Assembly (NCBI GenBank): GCA_017475605.1
Contig: JAFVFD010000004.1
Location: 30,001 to 62,000 of the forward strand
Direction: 5' to 3'
Length of the DNA: 32,000 nucleotides
Source: Alphaproteobacteria bacterium
GTDB taxonomy: Bacteria > Pseudomonadota > Alphaproteobacteria > Rs-D84
The position numbers were made by a program, and so were the translations under genes. Of the stretch, positions 17,309 through 25,731 are shown one piece after another (position 1 is the first letter of the stretch; the number at the start of each line of letters is the position of its first letter). The notes under the pieces were generated by a model. The model was not told where the DNA came from, did no database searches, and worked only from the letters and a program-made list of their open reading frames with translations.

Positions 17309-17323
17309 GGGATACCCCTGTTA

Positions 17324-18850
17324 TTAAAACGCGTATTTAAACCCGATGTGCAAACCAAACGATTGCCAAACGGCTTCTTTCAACGATTCTGTTATTTTTT
17401 CGGTATGTGCCGGTGTAGTTTCAATAATCGGCAAACCGTTATCGTCCAAAATATATTGGCCATTTTCGTCAACCCAGAACGAGCTGTACTGTGCGATATA
17501 CAATTCGCCAGCAATCTTTCCAACATGGAAATAATTTGTATCCGCCTTGATTGCCAATTGTAACCGGTTAGAAAGGCGCAAATTATATTCTATTTCCGCG
17601 CTGTATGTATACGCACCGTTGGACCCTTCGTCCAAGAAACTTGGGTTCTGTTGCCAATCATCACGATTTGGCCAAATACCTTCGGATGAATATTTCGGCA
17701 AACCAACCTGGAAATAGAAACGCAATTTATCGGATAAAGTCATCTGCTTTTCAATTTCCAGTCCAAGATAAAAGCCTGACCAGGTCGTGTTATAAATATG
17801 TGTAATTCCATCAACACGAATAGGACCATCACCACCGATAATAATACATTCGTTCGCACCAACACCCCATGGAATATCACCCAACGCATCCGTCCAAGGT
17901 TCCGTTGTAATTGCCGTTCCAAGCTGTGTAAAACCACTTGCTGGCGCAACCGCAACGGCAATATCTTCTGGGGACAAACAAACCTGGTACCAATCAGACG
18001 GTGCCTCTTGATTTATTGGTAATGTGTAATAATATCCCTCTTCGTCGCCATAGACATAATCGCCCTTGTCCGACATCATCGGCAGGTAAACACCGGGGTT
18101 CGGATAAAGGTGGTCCGACATTTTAAGGTTATGTTTGAATATTTCGTATCCAATTGACGGCGATAATTTCCATCCCGCAATATCCCAAATATGATGCGCC
18201 CCGAAACCAACCTTTAAATGATTTGTACGGCCCGACTGATTCCCTATAGATACTGTGAAAATACCATAGTCTGGATCCGCCCAATCATACGGTTCCATAT
18301 CATAGTCCATAGACAAACCGCCAGATTCCATATCACCAAATGTATAATCGGCATACGCGAATAAATCAAAGTTCCGCAACGAAAAATTATGGCGCGCCCC
18401 GACATTGACTTCGTTAAACACCATATCGTCCCATTCCAAAACAGAATTTACCCCTGTTTTGAATTGGAAATCTGCGAAACGGCGCGAATAGTCGACATAT
18501 ATACTTGTTCTTGGTTCGGATTCCGCAGGCAACGCAATACCATTCGCCGTAAATGTTCCATTTGCGGCACCAATATATGTTCCATCGGTAAATACAGCCG
18601 TTGAATTAGTTGGGTTTGTGATTTTTTGACGCGGAACCTGATATGTATAAGTATTTGTTCCAACCACCTGTTTTTGACCAGATTTCCCGACGTATTTTGT
18701 ATATCCGCTGTTCGCGTATTTACCATACGCGGCGCGATTTGCGGTTTGGGTTGGTGCACTTTGGTAATATGATGGCACCCCTTCATTTGCCGCAAAAGCC
18801 GCAAATGGTGCTAAAAATGCCGCTAAAATGGCAATTTTCCCTGTCCTCAT
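17324..18850 (-). CDS. large outer-membrane beta-barrel protein, family not recognised
   Basis: 508 aa. Signal peptide MRTGKIAILAAFLAPFAAFA|A. Tyr/Gly/Asp-rich strands and a C-terminal ...GLHIGFKYAF. Ends 16 nt upstream of mltB. Confidence 0.75.
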   Translation of the reverse strand: MRTGKIAILAAFLAPFAAFAANEGVPSYYQSAPTQTANRAAYGKYANSGYTKYVGKSGQKQVVGTNTYTYQVPRQKITNPTNSTAVFTDGTYIGAANGTFTANGIALPAESEPRTSIYVDYSRRFADFQFKTGVNSVLEWDDMVFNEVNVGARHNFSLRNFDLFAYADYTFGDMESGGLSMDYDMEPYDWADPDYGIFTVSIGNQSGRTNHLKVGFGAHHIWDIAGWKLSPSIGYEIFKHNLKMSDHLYPNPGVYLPMMSDKGDYVYGDEEGYYYTLPINQEAPSDWYQVCLSPEDIAVAVAPASGFTQLGTAITTEPWTDALGDIPWGVGANECIIIGGDGPIRVDGITHIYNTTWSGFYLGLEIEKQMTLSDKLRFYFQVGLPKYSSEGIWPNRDDWQQNPSFLDEGSNGAYTYSAEIEYNLRLSNRLQLAIKADTNYFHVGKIAGELYIAQYSSFWVDENGQYILDDNGLPIIETTPAHTEKITESLKEAVWQSFGLHIGFKYAF

Positions 18851-18950
18851 CTGATAACTTTTGTTTTATTATATCACAAAAAGTAATGATAAGAAAGACT
18901 TTTCATTTATAACTTGCGATTAGGCCAACTGGCATTACAATAAGGACATT

Positions 18951-20006
18951 ATGACAGTAGCACACAACATATATATTCATGTCCCATTTTGTATGTCAAA
19001 ATGTAATTATTGCGCCTTTTTTAGTCGCGCATGCGCCGCGCCCGATTGGCGTAAATACACCGATGATATTTTATCTGAAATTGATTTTTGGGCGGGAAAA
19101 CTGGGACGAATTGATGTTCCCACAATCTTTTTCGGGGGCGGCACACCATCATTAATGCCAACCGCGAATTTTTCTGAAATAATGGAACGCATGCGCGACC
19201 GGTTTAATATTGCCCCAAACGCCGAAATAACAATTGAATCAAACCCGGGCACATTGGATGCGACGCGTTTGGACGAATTTATAGCGGCGGGTGTAAATCG
19301 GCTTTCCATCGGGGTACAATCACTTGATGACGATGAATTACTTTTTTTGGGGCGACGACACACCGTTGCGGATGCGTTGCGATTAATAGATGCCGCGAAA
19401 TCACGCGATATTCGTGTATCGGCCGATTTTATTTATGGACTGCCGGGACATAATGCGACCAAGGTTAAGGCATTGTGCCAAAATATAAACAAAATCGGAT
19501 TTTCACATTGTTCAATGTATGAATTAACAATAGAACCCAACACCCCATTCGGCAAAATGAATCTGGATATGCCGTCAAATGCGGAAATGGCGGATATGTA
19601 TAACACAATTGATGAAACACTTAATCTTTCGCGGTACGAGGTTTCTAATTATGCCACCCCGGGCTTTGAATGTCGGCACAATCAAAACATATGGGACGGG
19701 GATGCGTATATTGGCATTGGGAATGGTGCGGCCGGTCGTGTATTTTTAGACGGCGTTTGGTACGAACAGTTGGGTGCAGGCGCACGATTTGAACCAATAA
19801 CAACACAATCACGCGCCGTTGAAAAGATTATTACAGGTCTGCGTACGACACGCGGTTTATTACTTGCGCCGGATATAAAAAATGCGATAAATATGGAATA
19901 CCTAAATCAGAATCAGGAATTACTAGAAATTGCCGACGGGCGCATACGCGCGACTAAACGCGGTATGTTGATTTTGGACGAATTAGTGTTAAACTTGGTC
20001 AAATAG
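18951..20006 (+). CDS. hemW: radical SAM heme chaperone HemW (HemN-like, oxygen-independent coproporphyrinogen oxidase family)
   Basis: 351 aa. AAGGA SD. YIHVPFCMSKCNYCAF (CxxxCxxC), GGGTPS and RLSIGVQS. Confidence 0.88.
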   Translation: MTVAHNIYIHVPFCMSKCNYCAFFSRACAAPDWRKYTDDILSEIDFWAGKLGRIDVPTIFFGGGTPSLMPTANFSEIMERMRDRFNIAPNAEITIESNPGTLDATRLDEFIAAGVNRLSIGVQSLDDDELLFLGRRHTVADALRLIDAAKSRDIRVSADFIYGLPGHNATKVKALCQNINKIGFSHCSMYELTIEPNTPFGKMNLDMPSNAEMADMYNTIDETLNLSRYEVSNYATPGFECRHNQNIWDGDAYIGIGNGAAGRVFLDGVWYEQLGAGARFEPITTQSRAVEKIITGLRTTRGLLLAPDIKNAINMEYLNQNQELLEIADGRIRATKRGMLILDELVLNLVK

Positions 20007-20014
20007 GAAGAAAA

Positions 20015-22003
20015 ATGGAACACAAGTTTTTAAATATAATCGGTGCATTGGCCGTTGTTGCGGCGACGGTGTTTGCGTTTCATATACAAAGGGGAAAAGA
20101 AATGGATGCTGGAATAAAAATTGAAAATATGGATTTAACCGTTCGTCCGGGCGACGACTTTTACGATTACGCAACACGTGGTTGGGCAATGACGCACCCA
20201 ATGCCGAACGATTATTCGCGATATGGATCTTTTGATGTATTACATGAAACAAACCTGGAACGTGTGCGCGAAATTGCGGAAAACGACACCGGAAAAATCG
20301 GAAAACTTTATCGCGTGGCGATGAATGCGGAAAAATTAAACGCGGAAAAAACAGCACCTGTGGCCCCATATATCGCGGAAATAGATGCGATTAAATCTGT
20401 TGATGAATTACCGACATACCTTGGCAAAATGCATACTTTCACATCGGCATTTTGGGGTGATGGTGTCGCCCTTGATGAAATGGACAGCGACCATTATTTA
20501 TACAACATTGGCCAGGGCGGATTAGGGTTATCGCGTGATTACTTTTTCGACACCGATGAAAAGTCGGTTAAAACGCGCGCAGAATACAAGCGGTTTATCG
20601 CAAAACAGATGAAAAACTTTGGCATCACCGTAAATGCCGACAAACTGTACGCGATGGAAGAACGCATGGCAAAATCATTTTACCCAAAGGAAAAGTTGCG
20701 CGACCCACGTGCCAACTATCACAAAATGACGATTGATGAATTGCGTCAAAACTTCCCAGGCTTTGATTGGGACGCATATTTGGCGGCGCGTGGCGCGACG
20801 GCGGCAACCGAAATAAACATAAATCAACCCGAAGCCATATCTGAATCAATCGCAATTATGCGCGATACAGATTTAGAATTGATTAAGACATATTTAAAAT
20901 ATCGCGTTGTAAGTTCTGCGGACTCGTTATTAGACGATGCGACATACGATATTTCATTTGATTTCTATAATCGCTTTATGGCGGGACAAATTGAACAGAA
21001 ACCGCGTTGGAAACGTGCGGTTGCAATGCTGGACGGGTCGCTTGGCGAAGAAATTGGCCACCTTTATGTAAAAAAATATTTTCCCGCATCTGCCAAGGAA
21101 CGCATGGAAAAACTGGTTAAAAACCTGCAACGCGCATTGGGTATGCGAATAAAGAACCTTGAATGGATGAGCACCGATACCAAGGAACGCGCCCTGGAAA
21201 AATTATCAACATTCCATGCGAAAATCGGGTACCCGGAAAAGTGGCGCGACTATTCAGAATTACACATTGATGAAAACGCATCGCTTTGGGAAAATATGGT
21301 AAATGTTTCAAAATTCGAAGATGCGTTTTGGCTAAATAAAATCGGTACCGACAAAGACCCGACAATTTGGTACATGAACGCGCACGAAATTAACGCATAT
21401 TATGATCCGTCTACAAATGAAATTTGTTTTCCGGCGGGCATATTACAATATCCGTTCTTTGATATGAACGCAGACGATGCGTTTAACTATGGTGCGATTG
21501 GATCTGTAATCGGCCACGAAATGACACATGGGTTTGATGATTCGGGCCGTCAATTTGACGCACATGGAAACCTGCGCGATTGGTGGGGTGCGGCGGATGC
21601 GGATAATTTTGTTGCGCGCGCGAATGTATTGCGTGATTTCTTTGATAAAATAGAAATCGCACCGGGTATTCACGCGAATGGAACATTTACATTGGGCGAA
21701 AACCTGGCGGACTATGGCGGGGTAACGGTATCATATACGGCATATAAAAACTTTGGCACACCATCTAATGAATCGGCTGGTTTAACGGCAGATATGCGAT
21801 TCTTTATATCATACGCAGGCGCATGGGCGGGCCACATTCGCGATGACGAAAAAATACGTATGACAAAAACTAATGAACATTCATTGGGTCGCAACCGCGT
21901 AAACGGCATTTTGCCGCAAATAGATGCCTGGTATGATGCGTTTGGCATAAAAGAATCTGACAAAATGTATCTGGCACCTGAAAAGCGTGTAAAGATTTGG
22001 TAA
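20015..22003 (+). CDS. pepO: M13-family zinc metallopeptidase (PepO / neprilysin-like)
   Basis: 662 aa. N-terminal TM anchor, HEMTHGFDD (HExxH) and ENLADYGG (ENxADxGG). Starts 8 nt after hemW. Confidence 0.9.
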   Translation: MEHKFLNIIGALAVVAATVFAFHIQRGKEMDAGIKIENMDLTVRPGDDFYDYATRGWAMTHPMPNDYSRYGSFDVLHETNLERVREIAENDTGKIGKLYRVAMNAEKLNAEKTAPVAPYIAEIDAIKSVDELPTYLGKMHTFTSAFWGDGVALDEMDSDHYLYNIGQGGLGLSRDYFFDTDEKSVKTRAEYKRFIAKQMKNFGITVNADKLYAMEERMAKSFYPKEKLRDPRANYHKMTIDELRQNFPGFDWDAYLAARGATAATEININQPEAISESIAIMRDTDLELIKTYLKYRVVSSADSLLDDATYDISFDFYNRFMAGQIEQKPRWKRAVAMLDGSLGEEIGHLYVKKYFPASAKERMEKLVKNLQRALGMRIKNLEWMSTDTKERALEKLSTFHAKIGYPEKWRDYSELHIDENASLWENMVNVSKFEDAFWLNKIGTDKDPTIWYMNAHEINAYYDPSTNEICFPAGILQYPFFDMNADDAFNYGAIGSVIGHEMTHGFDDSGRQFDAHGNLRDWWGAADADNFVARANVLRDFFDKIEIAPGIHANGTFTLGENLADYGGVTVSYTAYKNFGTPSNESAGLTADMRFFISYAGAWAGHIRDDEKIRMTKTNEHSLGRNRVNGILPQIDAWYDAFGIKESDKMYLAPEKRVKIW

Positions 22004-22011
22004 AAATTGAA

Positions 22012-22035
22012 CCGCCGGCAATTGCTTGCCGGCGG
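22012..22035 (+). terminator. GC-rich hairpin after pepO (weak T-tract)
   Basis: CCGCCGGCA-ATTGCT-TGCCGGCGG. No clean T-run follows, so its intrinsic-terminator status is uncertain. Confidence 0.4.
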
Positions 22036-22074
22036 CGCTCCCTTCCTTTCCGTAAACGGAAAACTTTTATAACA

Positions 22075-22100
22075 GCCCAAAAACCGGCACACGCGTGCCG
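22075..22100 (-). terminator. rho-independent terminator after the 111-aa gene
   Basis: Minus strand CGGCAC-GCGT-GTGCCG followed by GTTTTTGGG, 8 nt after the stop. Confidence 0.6.
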
Positions 22101-22107
22101 CGGGACA

Positions 22108-22443
22108 TTATGCGGCCATTGCAACGCCTGATTCAGACGATGTGTCGGCGGCATCCAAAATCTTTTTTGCTTCGGCAAAGACCATCGATTTTACGCGTAA
22201 TGCCAAATCACGTGTTTCCAGGCTTTCCGCCGCAACTTCGAAATCATCGGTACGAATTTGTAATGAAACATACGCACCCACCAATGATGGACGAGATAAA
22301 TCTTCGATTGAACGTGGGGAATTATTTTTCCCGATTTGTAATTCGTCAGCCAATGAAATAATCTGACGGTCCGCATTGACCCAAACAGTTGTTGTTAAAA
22401 CCTTGTTCAATGCAATCATAATATCTTTTATGTTTTTTGACAT
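22108..22443 (-). CDS. hypothetical 111-aa cytoplasmic protein
   Basis: A strong SD (AAGGGGGG) lies 7 nt before the ATG, and the gene has its own terminator. No signal peptide and no family recognised. Divergent from mraZ. Confidence 0.6.
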   Translation of the reverse strand: MSKNIKDIMIALNKVLTTTVWVNADRQIISLADELQIGKNNSPRSIEDLSRPSLVGAYVSLQIRTDDFEVAAESLETRDLALRVKSMVFAEAKKILDAADTSSESGVAMAA

Positions 22444-22741
22444 GCGCGTGTCCCCCCTTGTTTTGCGTTGTTATAAGTAAAATTGATTAGATTTTGTATT
22501 TACACGATGTATTTACAAAAATCGTTTTCAATTTTCCTTTGTCTTTTTGTTTTTGGCAGAAATCCGGGTTTTATGCGGTTTTCTGGGCTTTTTATAGATT
22601 CCTTCCTTGTCTATACAACTATCATAGAACAAAAACGAATCGCAGGTCAAGAGGAAAATTAAAATATTTTCATTTTATTTAAAAATATTTGTTTTTTACT
22701 GTCCAGACCATAAAATCCCATAAAATAACTATAAATTGTCA

Positions 22742-22770
22742 TTGACAACCAGAACATCGCGTGCTACATT
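22742..22770 (+). promoter_or_regulatory. sigma70-type promoter TTGACA-17-TACATT upstream of mraZ
   Basis: -35 at 22742-22747 and -10 at 22765-22770, about 55 nt before the mraZ ATG. Confidence 0.5.
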
Positions 22771-22826
22771 TTTTTCGTGGTCCGAAAAAACCGGCACAAA
22801 AGCATCAGAAAAAAACAAGGATATAA

Positions 22827-23273
22827 ATGTCATTGTTTCTCTCATCTTATGAAAATCGTTTGGATACCAAGGGACGTATTTCTGTGCCGGCGACCTTTCG
22901 GGCCGCGGTTTCATCTGAAACATTTGCTGGGGTTGTTTTATACCGTTCTTTTACCAATAATTGTATCGAGGGATTATCCATGTCGCGCATGGCCGCACTG
23001 GCGGCGGCAACCGATAAAATCGGTGTTTTTGACGATAAATTGGATGATTTAACGGCGATGCTTTTTGCGGATGCGCGCCAATTACAATTTGATGTAACGG
23101 GTCGCATTGTAATTCCGGCCGATTTATTGGCGCATGCGGGTATAACCGATCGCGCAATATTTGTTGGCCGCGGAAACAGTTTTCAGATTTGGAACCCGGA
23201 CGAATTCAAACGGGCGCAAAACGCGGCACTTTCACGCCTGCGCACCAACCACCCGGAATTAGTTATCGGCTAA
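22827..23273 (+). CDS. mraZ: transcriptional regulator MraZ
   Basis: 148 aa. AAGGA SD. Two SpoVT/AbrB-type repeats: RLDTKGRISVPATFR and FDVTGRIVIPADLL. Confidence 0.9.
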   Translation: MSLFLSSYENRLDTKGRISVPATFRAAVSSETFAGVVLYRSFTNNCIEGLSMSRMAALAAATDKIGVFDDKLDDLTAMLFADARQLQFDVTGRIVIPADLLAHAGITDRAIFVGRGNSFQIWNPDEFKRAQNAALSRLRTNHPELVIG

Positions 23274-23293
23274 CCGACATCTCTATAAAAAAA

Positions 23294-23331
23294 CAAAAAA
23301 CCGCCCGTTTGGGCGGTTTTGATTTGTTTTT
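23294..23331. terminator. bidirectional rho-independent terminator
   Basis: AAAACCGCCC-GTTT-GGGCGGTTTT plus a T-rich tail, between convergent mraZ and the 737-aa gene. Confidence 0.8.
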
Positions 23332-23336
23332 GTCTA

Positions 23337-25550
23337 TTAACTGTTCGTCTTTTGACAGGTTCCAAGTCCAGTATCAGAATCCACCTGCCACGTACCATTA
23401 TTAGTGCCACAATTACAAGTCTTTGAACTAGAAGTCCATTGTCCCCCCGCACCTATACAGGCCGTCGCATTCTGAATTTCGACACTTGTACCATCGACAC
23501 CATAAACAGCCGCGGCCCACGTTAGCATTTCACTTGGTGTCGGTGCCTTGCTAACATTACCATTAACCGACATACAGGTGGTTATTATACTTTTACATGC
23601 ATTAACCGCAATATTCTTGTTTGATACGGTATCATAACTGTTCGAACTTAAACAAGATGTAACATCAGACAAGCAATTTTCAGCATAACTTGCCAACAAA
23701 GCATCTTGTGAAGCCTTGATCTGAGTAAATGTACGATACAAATATTCAGAAACAACGTTATTGTCTGGTTTATACTTTCCGGTCTGCTTATCGTATGTAT
23801 AATTCTGGCACTTGTTCAGGACAGACATGCACATACCGTAATTCTTGCCATCTTTGTTATAACCGATTTTGTATTGCAAGAACTTGGACATATTTGTATC
23901 CGTCGCAGTTACAGGACTTGTCGTCATTGTCGCATTTATATAGCCAGACAAATCACCAGAATTATTACCATCATAATCCCATGCATATTTATCGCCAGAA
24001 ACCCATGTGCCATACAAACCACTTTTGAACATACCAGCATTTGTTGCCGCATCTGCCAAAGATTTACCCGGCAAAGAACCGACAACGATTTGACCATTTA
24101 CAATATATTTACCCGATGGATCCAAACAGTTTTCATAATCGGCACCGCATACATAGTCGTCCTGCATACAGGAATCAAGCGCACTTATACACCCACGCAG
24201 GTCATATTGATTCTTTTGCTGGGCAACCATTAAACGTGCCTTTTGTAAAACAGCCTTGGCATTACGTACAGTTGCCGACATTTCGTCATTCGAATCGGAC
24301 AGGCTGCGTTCATATGCGATACACTGTTTATCAATTTCCAAATCGTATGAATTTGTGATAACCGCCGCATCAACCCCCTGGGCCGCACAGGAATTAAGCA
24401 CATTTGCCTTGCAACGCGCACTTGCCGTTTTATACAATGTTTCGCCACGTTGATTCGCGATTGACGATGTATCACTGGTCGCGGTACCGAACAATGCCGA
24501 TAAATCAAAGCCCGTACTGGAAATCGTGAAATCAAGCAAGTTTGATAAATCAAACGACATCGACGAATCAGATGCAATCGATGAAGTCCCAGTCTTGACA
24601 TCAACAATCATATTTTTAATCTTGTCCAGATTCAATTTGATTTGGCTGTTATCCGATGTGCCACGCATTTTCTCTTCGGCCTCGGTTTCACTGAACAAGG
24701 TTTCGATTTCATCGCCGGTCAAACCGATATATTGAATCTTTTGTGCAACTTCTTGTAATTCTTCGGTTGCAGCCTTTAATGCCAATTCGGTTTTTTCATA
24801 GTTTTTCAAATTCTTGCTGCATGAACAACGACCCTGGTTATCGTCCAGGACATTACAGAAATTATCCATACACGCGGTATATTGTGCCTTGCAATAATCG
24901 GTCAATTCCGCCAATTCATCCATGACCGCGGTTGTTGTCGCATTTGGTGTGGCGCTTTCACTGGTAGAAGTTGTCATTGTTGCCGATGCAACACGAATCG
25001 TTGGCACACGCGCAGATGCAGACGAACGCACACCAACACGACCAGTATAAAGGTTATTATTTTCAAATACACCGGTGGTCTGCCCAGTTGCAGTCGTCAT
25101 TGTTGTTCCGGCACGTGCAACATTCGCATTGTTTGCAGATGCCACACGACGCGCCGATACATTACCCGATGTCGCACTGTTTGTTGCCGCGCGGGATACG
25201 GTGCCACGTGTTGTTGTTACACGCGATGGTGTTGTTGTGGTACGCGATGTTGTCGTACGCGCCGCAACCACGCGGGAATTAGCCCCGGAATTACGTTGAG
25301 GATTCACATTTGTCGCGGGTAATACACGCGAACCAGCGCGCGATGATGCGACACGCGGACTTGCCTTGACCACAGGTTGCTGTGGCACAACATCTTCTTC
25401 GGAAACATTTTCGGCGTCATCAATCAAGATGCCGTCGTCAACATATTCCGCATCAGAATATTCCATTGTATCGTCATAGTAAAACGGCGCAACCTCAGCA
25501 AATGCGGGCAACACCAGCAAACCACTTAACACAACAACAAGTCTTTTCAT
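23337..25550 (-). CDS. large secreted protein: acidic N-terminus, Arg/Ser/Thr-rich low-complexity region, Cys-rich C-terminal ~520 aa; unknown function
   Basis: 737 aa. GGGAAGG SD. Signal peptide MKRLVVVLSGLLVLPAFA|E. Residues ~55-215 are R/S/T/A/N/V low complexity. There are 22 Cys, all after residue ~215. No family recognised. Confidence 0.85.
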   Translation of the reverse strand: MKRLVVVLSGLLVLPAFAEVAPFYYDDTMEYSDAEYVDDGILIDDAENVSEEDVVPQQPVVKASPRVASSRAGSRVLPATNVNPQRNSGANSRVVAARTTTSRTTTTPSRVTTTRGTVSRAATNSATSGNVSARRVASANNANVARAGTTMTTATGQTTGVFENNNLYTGRVGVRSSASARVPTIRVASATMTTSTSESATPNATTTAVMDELAELTDYCKAQYTACMDNFCNVLDDNQGRCSCSKNLKNYEKTELALKAATEELQEVAQKIQYIGLTGDEIETLFSETEAEEKMRGTSDNSQIKLNLDKIKNMIVDVKTGTSSIASDSSMSFDLSNLLDFTISSTGFDLSALFGTATSDTSSIANQRGETLYKTASARCKANVLNSCAAQGVDAAVITNSYDLEIDKQCIAYERSLSDSNDEMSATVRNAKAVLQKARLMVAQQKNQYDLRGCISALDSCMQDDYVCGADYENCLDPSGKYIVNGQIVVGSLPGKSLADAATNAGMFKSGLYGTWVSGDKYAWDYDGNNSGDLSGYINATMTTSPVTATDTNMSKFLQYKIGYNKDGKNYGMCMSVLNKCQNYTYDKQTGKYKPDNNVVSEYLYRTFTQIKASQDALLASYAENCLSDVTSCLSSNSYDTVSNKNIAVNACKSIITTCMSVNGNVSKAPTPSEMLTWAAAVYGVDGTSVEIQNATACIGAGGQWTSSSKTCNCGTNNGTWQVDSDTGLGTCQKTNS

Positions 25551-25681
25551 TTGTGAAACCTTCCCTTCTATTATGCTTTATTTTACCATACACAAGGCCC
25601 ATAAACAAGCGAAAAAAAGAATTACCAAACAAACCCAAAAAGAAAAGTTTCCTAATTCGTTAAAACAGTTAATGAAAAATC

Positions 25682-25710
25682 TTGTAATATTATTTAAAGC
25701 CGTCTATAAT
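25682..25710 (+). promoter_or_regulatory. sigma70-type promoter TTGTAA-17-TATAAT for the PLD gene
   Basis: -35 at 25682-25687 and -10 at 25705-25710. It lies downstream of the ATGs at 25573 and 25672 and upstream of AAGGA plus GTG 25732. Confidence 0.5.
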
Positions 25711-25731
25711 TCGGCGCAAAAGGAATTACTG

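Noticed and set aside
22444-22826. Replication origin in the 383-bp AT-rich intergenic region
   Set aside because: By eye there is no TTATCCACA-type DnaA box and no TTAA-N7-TTAA CtrA site. The flanking genes are not the usual origin neighbours. A motif scan would be needed for certainty.
589-23331. Recurrent AACCGCC(C)-loop-(G)GGCGGTT hairpins (near 589, 7304, 8752, 10014, 23294) that might be a REP/MITE-type dispersed repeat
   Set aside because: Each sits exactly at a gene 3' end with flanking A/T runs. Loops and stem lengths differ, and there is no extended shared flank. These are ordinary intrinsic terminators with a common GC-stem preference.
24882-25322. Three overlapping plus-strand ORFs (146, 103, 74 aa), Cys/Arg/His-rich
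   Set aside because: They are antisense to the Arg/Ser/Thr low-complexity region of the 737-aa gene. The biased repeat composition suppresses stop codons. No translation signals are present.
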